From assembly GCF_964355755.1 (NCBI RefSeq), contig NC_092671.1, positions 19,158,001 to 19,222,000 of the forward strand: 64,000 bases of DNA. Direction: 5' to 3'. Both the position numbers and the translations under genes were made by a program. The notes under the pieces were generated by a model. It had not been told where the DNA came from, did no database searches, and was given only the letters and a program-made list of their open reading frames with translations. Shown one piece after another: positions 40,230-51,796 of this stretch. This DNA is from Antedon mediterranea (lineage: Eukaryota; Animalia; Echinodermata). The stretch's first letter is position 1. Each line of letters starts with the position of its first letter.

Positions 40230-41419
40230 CCGTATATTTCGGTGTATAAGTGCGTGTTTCTGCTGCAACTGCTCAAAATATGGTATAAAATACGCAATAA
40301 AGGAAGTTTTACGTCTCACTTTCAACAGCCTAGCCCTAGTGGTAGAGATGTTGTGAGAGCACAGAAAACATCGTAATGGGGACAAGTAATTCGTTCCCTC
40401 CCCGAGTTATTGTCTTTTGCAATGTTGTACTGCTTCGCAGGCTCTTTAGCTTTGAATTTACTTGCTTTGGAGACAAGTCTATTCCGTACTCCTGCTGCTT
40501 TATTTTTTTAGAAATGTCTTCATAAATGTGGTTGTCCCTTTTATTACCTTTTAGTTGGCCGAACATTTTAGCTTCCCCACCCCCTCCTTCCCCACACAGA
40601 TTTATATAGTAAATACTGTGACGTCTTCGCTCCACATTTTCGCCGAATATATCTATACACGTGTCTAAAACAGCTGAAAGCGACAGAAAATAAAAACACG
40701 ATGTTGACCTCATGTCACAGGTAAAAACAATACGGTATTTTTTATTGGCAGCAGAAAAAGGTACAAAAAAATATGGTATAAATTTGTAAATACCGTATTT
40801 TATCCACAATTTTTGTGGGGAAAATACGGTATCCAAAATACGGTATTTTTTTTATGAGCGCAGTTTCTGCTGCCAAAAAAATATATATATACGGTATATA
40901 TACGAAACAGGGCCTAAGACGCACTCCCTAACTGAGAGTAAAATATCGGTATTTTCTATATCGTCGATGTATAAGATGCACTTTATATTTCATCAAAACA
41001 ATGTTTTTTTTTAAATTGTAATCAATATTATTGTAATAATATATTGTTCGGTGTATAAGTCGCACTTTTGACACGCAAATTTGACCTCTAAATTAAGGGT
41101 GCGTCTTATACACCGAACATAAATGCCTCACCACACAGAGTGTACATATCGTCACCTCCGTTGTAGATATACCGTATATTTCGGTGTATAAGTCGCACCT
41201 GTGTATAAGACTATAAGACTCGCAGAAGCAGGTTGCCGTTACGTTAGTACACTTTAGCTAGCCTAGGCTAGGATAGCCAACGACCTAGGCCTAGCCAACG
41301 AGGTGACGATATGTACAATCTGTGTGGTGTGAAAATAATGTTCGGTGTATAAGACGCACCCTTAATTTAGAGGTCAAATTTGCGTGTCAAAAGTGCGACT
41401 TATATACCGAAATATACGG
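40230..41419. mobile_element. Tc1/mariner-pogo-like MITE complex (TA-flanked CCGTATATTTCGGTGTATAAGWCGCAC TIRs)
   Basis: TA|CCGTATATTTCGGTGTATAA starts at 40230 and again at 41172, and the inverted TIR ends at 41419|TA. A complete 248-bp unit spans 41172-41419, and an inverted copy of its right end lies at about 41048-41160. Confidence 0.8.
40250..40914 (-). mobile_element. Second PIF/Harbinger element with Myb/SANT remnant, inserted in a MITE TIR
   Basis: TAA|GTGCGTGTTTCTGCTGCA ... GAAACAGGGCC|TAA, the same family as 26527-27354. The - strand peptide GEAKMFGQLKGNKRDNHIYEDISKKIKQQEYGIDLSPKQVNSKLKSLRS continues after a frameshift as QYNIAKDNNSGRERITCPHYD, a trihelix Myb/SANT-like domain. Confidence 0.85.
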
Positions 41420-42479
41420 TAAAGTACATTTAAACACACCTTCTTTTTCAAAGTCAACTTTTATTAAATCAATCTGCTCTTAATCTTAAATTTAAGTACA
41501 AATTTTTTATCCATAATATTATAATCATAATTTTGGCCTTATTAATCTTCGCCTAAGATTTTCTTTTTAAGATATTGTAGAGAAAAGATGAGCACATAAG
41601 CAAGGCTTACCCCTACTACCCAGTCATGTCGTTAATTTTTACACTGAAACTAGATCAAGGGTTCTTTTTAAAATTTGTAAATGATTTACTAGACTACAGC
41701 TTTGTGCCATCCCACAAAAATGTATAACCTATAACAAAATATTTAACAAGTCATTCGAAAAATTTCATTTGACATTCTCATAAGGTGCCAATTTCATAAG
41801 AACAAAATGATGTACAGTATCTTAATATCTACAGTACTACAGCAATTTATTTTGTTTAAAAAAAACATTAAATCTTAGACAGCTTGACTGGTAAATTATT
41901 GAATACTCCTATACCTTTTGTCTTTTTTAGATAGTAATTAGTAAAAATGGTGCAATAGATAGATCTGATTTTAGGTGGGGACGATTCAGCTCCAATCAAT
42001 GCAAACATACCTTTCACGGTCAATTAAATTATTAATACTGTATGAACAATAATAGTTTTTTCTTTCTCTCTTTTCTTTATAATACAATTATAATTTGTTT
42101 GTAATATTGATAGACTATATAAAGCCAATATTAATCCTAACTACCTAGCTAGGACCGAACGTCTTGGTCTGCATACGTAGGCTACGTTTAATAATGGTTT
42201 AAAGAGTGTGGCCGTCGGCCAACACAGCAACAACAAGCCTAGTAGTAGGCCTCTACTCTACTACTACTACTAGGCCTAGCCTAGTACAGTAGTAGTAGTA
42301 CTAAGCCTACTGTAGCTATGTAGCCTACCTAGGCGTATAAATAAAGTAAAAAAGCAAACTGCGGCGATAAATATTAATTATTCCAAACAGTATTAATATT
42401 ATTATTAGTAAACCAATCTTCGATAACTACGAAAGAAACATAATCCTTGTTTTTAGTAAGCAAATTAGGCCGAAAAATC

Positions 42480-43035
42480 TTGTCGTAGTGTACCGGACCG
42501 ACACGATCGACTGCTAGGCCACTGAATAATAGTTTCCGAGATTTTGCCAATCAGCAGCCAAGGTGGCAGCACAACATAAACGTTGAAACGCCTCACATCA
42601 AAATGTACTCTGATCAGGCTAGTGTGACTGACCAAACATTTTCATATATTTCGCTTCCTACACAAGAATACAACTTTAGAACCACCTAATTATATACTCT
42701 ATATATGGAGCGACATGTCCCTATAAAACTCACCCTTATTAATATCTGTAAATGCATTCATTTTCCAACTTCCGACAATTATTTAGTTCCATATCACAAC
42801 CTCCGCCATCTTGCTCATTATTATGCATATCTTTGCGTTCAATTCCAGGTGTTGAATATTAAAAAAAATTCTAAATAAAAGCATACACGCATTTTCTATA
42901 TTAGTCCAAAAGATATTACTATTGTTGAAACTATTAGTTTTTTTAAATATCATGTTGATATTTTAGATTTAGATTATTTGTTAAATTACAGTAATTGTTG
43001 AAAGCATTCAATAGAGCGCCACCTGTCAGGCATGT
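42480..43035 (-). promoter_or_regulatory. Putative promoter and first exon of the divergent - strand gene
   Basis: YY1 motif CAAGATGGCGG on the - strand (42803-42813), followed by donor AAGG|GTGAGT at 42734/42733. CCAAT box GCCAATCAG at about 42546. CTCF-like cores AGGTGGCAGCA (about 42562) and GCGCCACCTG (about 43016). CpG is locally raised. Confidence 0.5.
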
Positions 43036-43419
43036 GGTTGTTGAATCAGATTATCATTTGTTGTTACAATTGTGGTTTTTGGATGGCTGCTGAGTACCAT
43101 GATGTCAAACATATTTTTTTTAACCAATTTTATAAGATAATTTATCTTTAATATTAAGATAGAGATGAAACAATTTTGTTTTCCTTTGTCCGTGAATTTT
43201 GTCCACAAATTTAATTGCATTTTCAATTATATTTCAAACTAAATTACTAAATACGACGTACAAATGATGATAATAAATGATAACCGTTAATTAAGAGGAA
43301 GCGGATAAGGGACGGTGAGAGGATGAGGCCTTTACAGTAGGCCTCTACTATATACAACCCGAGACAACAGTGGCGGAAACAGTTATGACGGCCAACTCGT
43401 TGACGATTGATGATTTGTG

Positions 43420-43795
43420 CTATTAATGATGATAATGCTGTATGATGAGATGATGCGTGGTGATAATGATGATGCGTGATGATGGTGATGATGATAATGC
43501 TGTATGATGAGATGATGCGTGGTGATAATGATAATGCGTGATGATGATGAGGAGGAGGAGGTGATGCGTGATGATGATGGTCACGATGATGGCGAATGAT
43601 GGTGGTGATGATGATGATGATGAGGAATGATGATAGTGATGATGATGATGCGTGATGATGGTGATGATGATGACGGTGAATGATGATGGTGATGATGATG
43701 AGGAATGATGATAGTGATGATGATGGAGATAATGATGATGATAATGCGTGATAATGATGCTGATTGATAATAATGATACTGGTGATCAGTTCATT
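43420..43795. repeat. Degenerate (GAT/TGA)n microsatellite block between the two promoters
   Basis: Seen directly in the sequence; source of the 184-aa poly-H/S/I ORF. Confidence 0.93.
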
Positions 43796-44674
43796 AATCA
43801 TTGTAACAATAGGCCTACGGTATTCAATTGTTGATCAAATAATTAATGGTTTCTATAGTCGTTATATACACAAATATTATTTGAAACCCGTATTATAAAT
43901 TAGGAAGTCGATTAGGCCTACTGCATCAATTATATTATTCATTAACCCATAATTGAAATTATAAATAACATATGTTTGTTGTTGTTGTTGTTGTTGAACC
44001 TCGAATTTGTGTGACGTATTTAGTTTAATATAATAGAACTCCTTTTTTTTGGGAGACACCCCTAAAACAAGGACACTTTTTAGTGTGCCAGATGTTCAAC
44101 CACATTTTAGTGTATAATTTTTTTTTAAACAAGACTAACTTATAATATTCATTTACATCGTTATTAATACTAATAGGCCTACACAAAAAAGCATATCATA
44201 AATAAAATTCTTGAGTCCAGATGATCTTTCTTCATTTCGGTATATTTGTTTTATATTTCTTTTCCCGCGAAACCCCCAATGTTTTTGGTCAAAAAGCTCC
44301 CCTTAGAATATAGGGGGGTTATAATGCAGTATTATCACACACCACTAAATGATTCGTCTGAGATTTCTCAGGCAATTTATAATTGAGATACAAATTTCAT
44401 ATTTGTGCGTGAAACAGTTTTTACAATGTATTCATTTCGAAACTTTGCCGGCTGCTATTTCAGGGTGAACTCATTTTATTGTGCGTAAACAAAAGCGTAG
44501 TCGATCTCACACGTGTTTTGAGAGAGCTAGCAAGAAGAGTGTAGAGGGAGAATAATGACGTATGTTTCCGCCGTCCACACACGCTTCTTGATTTTGTGTG
44601 TGAAAAATGTGTACAGTGAACTCGATAGCTTCATTCATGGAATTCACTGGCGCTGCGTAGCGTGTGTATCGATT

Positions 44675-44732
44675 ATGGCTGAGATATCTAGGTATACTCG
44701 TAGAAAACAGGCAAATCCTCAACGAAAAAATC
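44675..44732 (+). CDS. ZEB2: ZEB/zfh-1 (Sip1) first coding exon with NuRD-interaction-type motif (MAEISRYTRRKQANPQRKN)
   Basis: Matches the vertebrate ZEB1/ZEB2 N-terminus MADGPRCKRRKQANPRR(K/N)N. Ends at the phase-1 donor AATC|GTGAGT, in frame with the exon at 61655. Confidence 0.92.
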
Positions 44733-44911
44733 GTGAGTTTTTATTTCTATTACATTTCTATTACTTTGGAATTGGTATGCATGTGCAGGGTTTGCCATTG
44801 GATTTAATTTTAAATTACGAATATTAAAATTACGAATATTTACTTTGGACCTTGTTCTGTCGTTTGTGTTCACACGAACACAAAAAGAGGAATTACTTGT
44901 TTTATCGACAG

Positions 44912-44953
44912 ACGTTACCAACCGGAGAGGACATCTGCCAAGCTTCAGAACAG
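44912..44953 (+). CDS. ZEB2: Candidate 42-nt symmetric (phase 1-1) ZEB micro-exon (H-VTNRRGHLPSFRT)
   Basis: Acceptor TTGTTTTATCGACAG| and donor ACAG|GTATCA. Length is divisible by 3 and there is no stop in the ZEB frame. Confidence 0.5.
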
Positions 44954-47234
44954 GTATCATTTTGTCTACAATGGTTCTTTGTTAAGGTTATAGTTATGAT
45001 AAATACTGCAAAATGCACTAACATAACGATAAAGTTTTAAGATATTGGTTTTTTCGCGCACTTGCTGTTTACATTAGTCGATGATGTATTTGATGAGAAG
45101 GGTGCCCACAACCTCATTATGCCCTCTAATCATATAATTATTAATAGAGTGTACTGTACTGTAGGCCTACTCATGTCATAAAACTGTCCTCTACCTAGCC
45201 CTAAATGTTTTTAAAAAAATTAAAATCAGGGTTTTTTCAATTACTGCACCCTAAAGAATCAGATAATTATTTTAAAATAGTTTATTCAATATCATATTAT
45301 TATTTATAAATCAATTTTTACAGGCCTGCCCTATATAGCCCTTAGTTTATTTCAATATTTTAAATACTGATTATAGTAAATATATGTAGGCCTACAGTAT
45401 ATTGTATGTTTGTATATATTAAAATACAAAAGTAAATAGACATATTATTCTTAATTAATGCAATAGTAATAATATCATCATTTTAATAATAATCATACTA
45501 ATCAAATCATAATTTAATATTTAAAATGACCAGGTACAAACGGCAGCTGCTACATAGACCTTTGATGCAGGTGTCGTAGGTTAAACACAAAGACGTTCAT
45601 ATCAAAAACTCCTTTGTCTGTTCACTAACTTATACATTGATTAAGTCTTAGGAATAATTTTTAAACCAACTTTGTAATAACATGACAACTTAAATAAAAG
45701 CTGAATAGAGACATATTATTTTCGTAGCCAAGTTTTCGTATTCTTTTGTTCTAGGTGATGCAAAATACAGACAATTTGATGTCCTTTGCACTTCCCTTTA
45801 TTATGCTATCAATTAGTACCTTCAGTGGACCATACATCCACTTTTGGTCACTTTTTTGGTTAAAATGTCATATTTTAGACTTTACAATAAAACATGTCTT
45901 GAATTTTAAATGTGTTGTATGCTGTATTGCATATTTGTACAAAATAATTTAGACAATAAATAAATTAATATATAATATATTATTGAATAAAATCATTATT
46001 TTTAATTACAAGTTAAATATTAAATAAATGAGTAATAAAGAAATATATTTAATTAGAAAGTATAATTGTTTGAATAATAATAACATTAATTAATGATTAT
46101 CATTATTATTTTATATAAAAACTTTCTATTTTAGAAATCAGTATTTATTTTTAAAGTTTGATTTTTGATGAATTATTAAAGCATAACAGTTTTTTATATT
46201 GAAATATTTTATTATTAATCAATATTATATGATTGATGAAATATGCTTTATTATAATTTATATTATTTATAACTGACTTAATCTTAATTTTTCTAGAAAC
46301 TTATAATAATATTAATAGTATAAAAATTTTATTTTTAAACTAAATTACTAATATTACTACAGTAATATAGTAATTGCACAAGTTCAAATTGATATCAATT
46401 ATCTCAGTTAAAAATTGATAAATTTGTTTATAAAATACTTAAAATATAGGTTATTGTTATGATTTAATTTCTGATTGAATATTGAACATCTGAATTTTGT
46501 TATTTAGAATTACATCATCCAATTTAAGTGCAAAAGCCAGGTGAAGTAATATTAATATAGGTATATATTTGCCTAGTTAGAAATTCAACTCCAAAATTTC
46601 AATAATACCTATATGCTATTTTTAGTTAGCAATACTTGCTTCAATAAACCCTTTGTTTAGTGAGCAAACAAAGAAGATGTTGAACCCTTCAGGGAAACTA
46701 TTGCACAAAAAAAGTATTTTTCATCTTTTAATATTCCCTTTTTCTGACGATCATTAAGATTTCAATTTATTGATTGTGGTAGTGTGTTTCTTTGTTGAAA
46801 TTCTGATTCCTGTAATTTTATAAACATTTATAGTTTGTGAATTCAAACATGTTTTGCAATAACTATAGGAAATGTATTGGACAAAGGGGTATTGGTTAAT
46901 AGATGGAATAGCTTTCGTTCCAGATGTCATTGTATTGTTTAATAAATCACCAGGTGTTGTTAGTAAATAAAGGTGTTCTACCTTTCTGCATTAATGTAAA
47001 CTTATAACAAAAAAATTAATTATCATTTAATATTTTTGTGTACATAAACTATTTACTAGATTTACCCCCTCTAAAAATATTGTAGTAAGCCTCATTAGTA
47101 GTATGTCTATAGTATTTAATATTTTCTATTTTTCTATTTAAAGCAATTAACTAAATTTCATAACCCAATAGCAAGCAAATATTTTAAAGAAAACTTAAAG
47201 TAAATTTCATTTGTATTTAGATAAAAAATGTAAT

Positions 47235-47351
47235 ATATACGGCTTTACCACGTTGAAACACCGGTTCTCGTCAGATCACCGAAGTTAAGCAACGTTGGGC
47301 CTGGTTAGAGCTTGGATGGGAGACCATCTGGAAATAGCGGGTGCTGTATAC
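47235..47351 (+). rRNA. 5S rRNA-like sequence (diverged; SINE head or pseudogene rather than an array gene)
   Basis: About 117 nt similar to 5S rRNA with several substitutions. It is a solitary copy inside an intron. Confidence 0.55.
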
Positions 47352-47600
47352 GGAGCTGGGGTCCCGTTAGGCTTTTGAAATCAGCACTGCTGACTCTTAT
47401 GGCAGCCCCTGCATCTAGTATCTGCCTCAGACCTCTGGTCAAGGTGGGCACTGGACGAGAGAAGCCCTTGATCAATGTCAGGACCAATCAAGGTGCTTTA
47501 AACTCTCCTGGCTTTGTTTGTATCAAACCTGTTAGTGGCGGTAATTATCGCTGTTGGTTTCGATTGAATAAAATAAAAATAAAAAATAAAAAATAAAAAA
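47235..47600 (+). mobile_element. 5S rRNA-derived SINE (SINE3-type): full-length 5S head, ~215-bp body, 3' stem-loop, (AAAAAT)n tail
   Basis: 47235-47351 aligns end to end with animal 5S rRNA (TACCACGTTGAAACACCGGTTCTCGTC.GATCACCGAAGTTAAGCAACG...TGGATGGGAGACC...GGGTGCTGTA), including the A and C boxes. It continues into a GC-rich body and an A-rich tail at 47567-47600. Confidence 0.8.
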
Positions 47601-50600
47601 TTACCAGTATACAGTACTGTGGGATACTCCTCAATGAACTTCAATTTTGATATTGTTTCCATCCATTATCCTAAAAATATTGGAAAATAAGTGTTGCAAT
47701 CGATTTTCTATAAATTAATATAAAAATTGTAAAAAGAATAGTGAAGCAAAACCCCCCAAAAGGGTTTTATTCTATAATCATATTTCAGTGGATTATAATT
47801 CTGACAGGCCAATAGTACCTGAAATTGTCGTAATAAAAAAAAGGAGAAGTGATTAACATTATTAGTTGTTCTGTCAGCAAGGCATCTAACTGGTGCCAGC
47901 TATACTGCAGGATGATCTGTATCTGCAAGGCTGTGATCGTTAGCTTTTTTAAGACTCGAACCACTCAGGTTAGTCTGACTGGAGTCAGCAAGGCGAGAAC
48001 AAATGACAATACCGAACCTGCAATTACTGCAAATGCTAGATTTGGCAAATCTGTTATCATTACTAATTTTTTAGTGTTGCGTACTTGACTTAGATTAATA
48101 CAAGCGTTAAAAAGTCGTTTCTAGGTACCACTGCTTCTTAAAGTTATCAAGTACTATTTCATTATTAAAAATAAACATCTTTTTTCTCTCGCTCAACATT
48201 TTTTTTTTTTATTTACATTTTGAAGTTGATTTTTATAATAACATGAGCTATTCAGAGTTTACTGTAGGTTTATTGTTCACTTTATCATGTACTGTACCTA
48301 TCCTTTTGTCTTTTCATTTACTGTACACTTGTCAATCACATTAAAATAAACAAATAATCGAAATTATATTCAAATCTGTGTTTTCTAATTTAACTGTAAC
48401 AGCATTAATTATTTTTATGATAAATAATGGGGTTTTTGTAATCAATAGATTTTTTAAAATTGTTTAAAATAAAAAAAAAATTAAATTTAGGCAGTACTTA
48501 CTTTTGATTATTATTGTTTGATCTCATTTTTTTAAAGCATAAACAGACGCATCAGTCTTTTATTTTGATTAATTTATCTTGATGATAGTTGATATAAAAG
48601 AGATTTAGATTATATGGAATGATTTGTTTAGCACGTACTTAATAATGACTTCCTATTCTAAACGCTTTAATGGTAATCTTAATTGGTTTGGAACTTTTTG
48701 ACTTTGTAGTACACCTTAGTTTTAGGTAGATAGTTAAACCGCATTTACGTCATACACTATCAATATATCCTTGACCAAAATTAGATTTGCTTTGTACTCA
48801 CAAATTTAAAGAAACTTTTATCAAGATTAAATTTGCCGCCTTTTGTTAATAAATAAAAACAATTTTGCATGATGAGGTTAAGTTAAATGTTAAATTCAGT
48901 ATTGTATTTTAGGGTAGTTCTACATATGCATTTATTTTCAATTTCTAGTTATTATATTGAAACAACAAATCACTTGATGATTTTTTTTTAATCAAGATCT
49001 ACTTTATAGAAATGTTTTATTGGAATTGTTTTCACTACCAACCATAGTTCAACTTATATTATTTTATTTATTAAGTTTTCTTTATGGTTAGTTGAATGAA
49101 AACTGTAAAATGAATTTACTTATAAATGAAGATCTCTTGGTTATACTACTTGTCTCAGAAAACACAAATTTAGTTCTTGATTTAGGTAGATTCTTTTTAC
49201 TTTTTTACATAGAATCAATTTACATAACTAGAATATTGCAATCAATAGATTGTTTATTTTATAATAAAAGCCCTCTGAGCTGGGTGTATCCCAAGCCTTC
49301 CACAGACAATACAAGCAGTTCTATACGTATTGTTTGTAATTGTTTGGCAATTGTATCTAGACATAATTAAGATGAGCAATATTTATAGCATTTGACACCA
49401 TTTTTAAAATAAGTTGAAAAAGGATATGTTTTGGGGTTTTTTTTAACATACCGTAATAAAATTCTGTACAATTTGTTGGTTTTTTATTACCGCTATAATT
49501 ATAGAACATTTTGATTTTAAATTATTCCAGTGTCGATTCTTATCTTTTTAAATTCTTTCAAAGTTAGACTTAAAAATATGCTCATTGCCAAATGTTTACA
49601 TGGTGGTAGAACAAATAAATAAATCTATATATTTCTCCATTTAAAAGCCACTATGGCAAACAATTTTACGTCATAGTGCTATGCTGTTTTCTGTTTACTA
49701 CAGTATATTAACAGCCTTGGGGCCAATTTGATTGACCATGAATGATAATAGGTGATTAGTTCATTAGTTAGCTTCTTCATATTAAAGTGTAAATTTATGT
49801 TAAAACCAAAACAAAGAACGTTATATGATATATTCAAATCTATCAAACTGGTAAATGCATTTGATTAAGAAAAAAGAACAATTTACATTTTAAAACAAAT
49901 TAAGGTTTCACGCAATAATAAAATCACAGTAAAATATATTAATTCATTATTGAGGTGGTTTGAATTTAAAACATAGAATGGCAACAAAAAAAAACAATTG
50001 GACTAATTATTCAATTACAATAATGATTTTTGCTAATTAAAATTGTTTTTTGTAGTATTAATAATAAGATTAATTTCAATAGAGTATTACAGTAAATATA
50101 TGTTTTTAGTACTGTTTATGAAAAATAAATATGTAAAAATACTTTTTTAAAATATCTTACTTTGTTTATTTATTCTTTAATATAAATGTTTATTGTTTCA
50201 GTTCAGTAAATCATTTCAGTACCTTCTATTCATTTTTTTACTATTTTCAAATCAAAGTTCTTATAAAAACAAAATGTGTAATTCTTCAAAGGCTTTACCT
50301 TATTCATCCTATAATTACATTGTATTATTACCTATAATTATGTTTAAAAAACCTTTCCAGATTTAATAACAATTGTCAGCATTAGTTTCAGGCTGTTTCT
50401 CATCATGTAACATACTTTAGCATTAGACATCTTATGGACAGGTACTGGAATCTGGCTTGCATTTTACTGCACAAAAGGTGTTTGAACATGCAGACAGTCC
50501 GGCGCCAACGTCCATCTGTACTTAATATCACCACTAGGTTTGTAGGCTCCATCACTGTCAGGTGCTTTATCAGAGGAAACAAGATTTCCTCAGGGAGATT

Positions 50601-51756
50601 GCATTTCACCAGTTAATAGCCTCTACCACACACACACAGATATATAACTGGTTACATACCTGGGTATTGGGTAGGCATTCAAATACTGGACCCTTAACCA
50701 ATTGCCATGGACCAAAGGGTGGTCCCTTCACTGTCTAGCAATATGAACAGGGCTTCCAATTGCAGCCTACCTTGCACTTTCCTGTATGATAATTACATTA
50801 TAATCAAGGTCATATGACCAAATTATGATATTGTTAATGGGAAACCTGGCACATAAAGTTGGCAAAGAAGATTATTCTTAATTTGTATATAATTATAAAC
50901 AAGGTTTTCTTTACATTTTGTCCCTAGCCTCTCGCTTGTCACTTTGCTTGTCACAATTCTTGTTTGTTATCCAGGTGAACTTTTATGTACAATCCTTATA
51001 CTTATAGGATTTAAAATTCAAATTTTAAATTATTGATTTATAATATAACGATTATTTGATTTTTTTTTAAACTTTATTTATTAAGCACTAATAATTTGTT
51101 TAATATGAAATTACATTTAAAATAAACATTAACCATTATGTCTCTTGTTACAATTTTGTGTGAAACTAAAAGTGATAGTGCCTGGTTATATTATTATAAT
51201 TATAAACAGTTTTTTTCAACAATTAAAAATGTTTTATCAATAACTTGCAAAATTAGTAAAATATAATATACTGTGTTATGTTATAAAAATATAAATTATG
51301 ATTTTTTAAAATTATGATTGTTATTCATAAGCTGTTAACATTAGTTTAATTTCACCAGGTGTGTATGCAAAAAATTGAATATAACAGATGTTAATGCTCA
51401 GCTTGAATGCTGTAGTGGGTTATTTACTACCACTACTGTTACTAATTATCATGTTTGCATTTAGCTAGCCACCTTGTCTGGGACTCACTACATGTAATGA
51501 CAATTGAAGAAGAAATTGTGTTCTATTGGTTATAAATTTAGTTAATGGGCAGGAGGGAAATAAAGTGGTTTATAAAGACAGGATGGTATCAGATAAAAGA
51601 GGGTGTTGTAAATAAACAGCACCTATTATGACATAAACAAAAGAGTCTGCAGTAACACTGGCTCTGTAGATAAACAATGCGTAATTTGGGAGGTGACTTG
51701 TGAACTAGTTATACCTGGTGTGGGTTCATTTTACAAGTAGAGCTTGTGCTGTACAG

Positions 51757-51796
51757 ATGTGTGCTCAAGTCATGGACATAATATACACAACTGCAG
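51757..51796 (+). CDS. ZEB2: Candidate alternative first coding exon of ZEB (MCAQVMDIIYTTA-)
   Basis: In-frame ATGs at 51757 and 51772 and a phase-1 donor GCAG|GTAAAC compatible with the 61655 acceptor. Lies at the end of a GC-richer island with TATAAA at about 51572. Confidence 0.42.

Noticed and set aside
43247-43801. 184-aa His/Ser/Ile-rich ORF (and similar ORFs at 31788-32150)
   Set aside because: These are translations of (GAT)n microsatellites.
47305-47596. ORFs of 60 and 94 aa
   Set aside because: They are chance frames over the GC-rich 5S-derived element.
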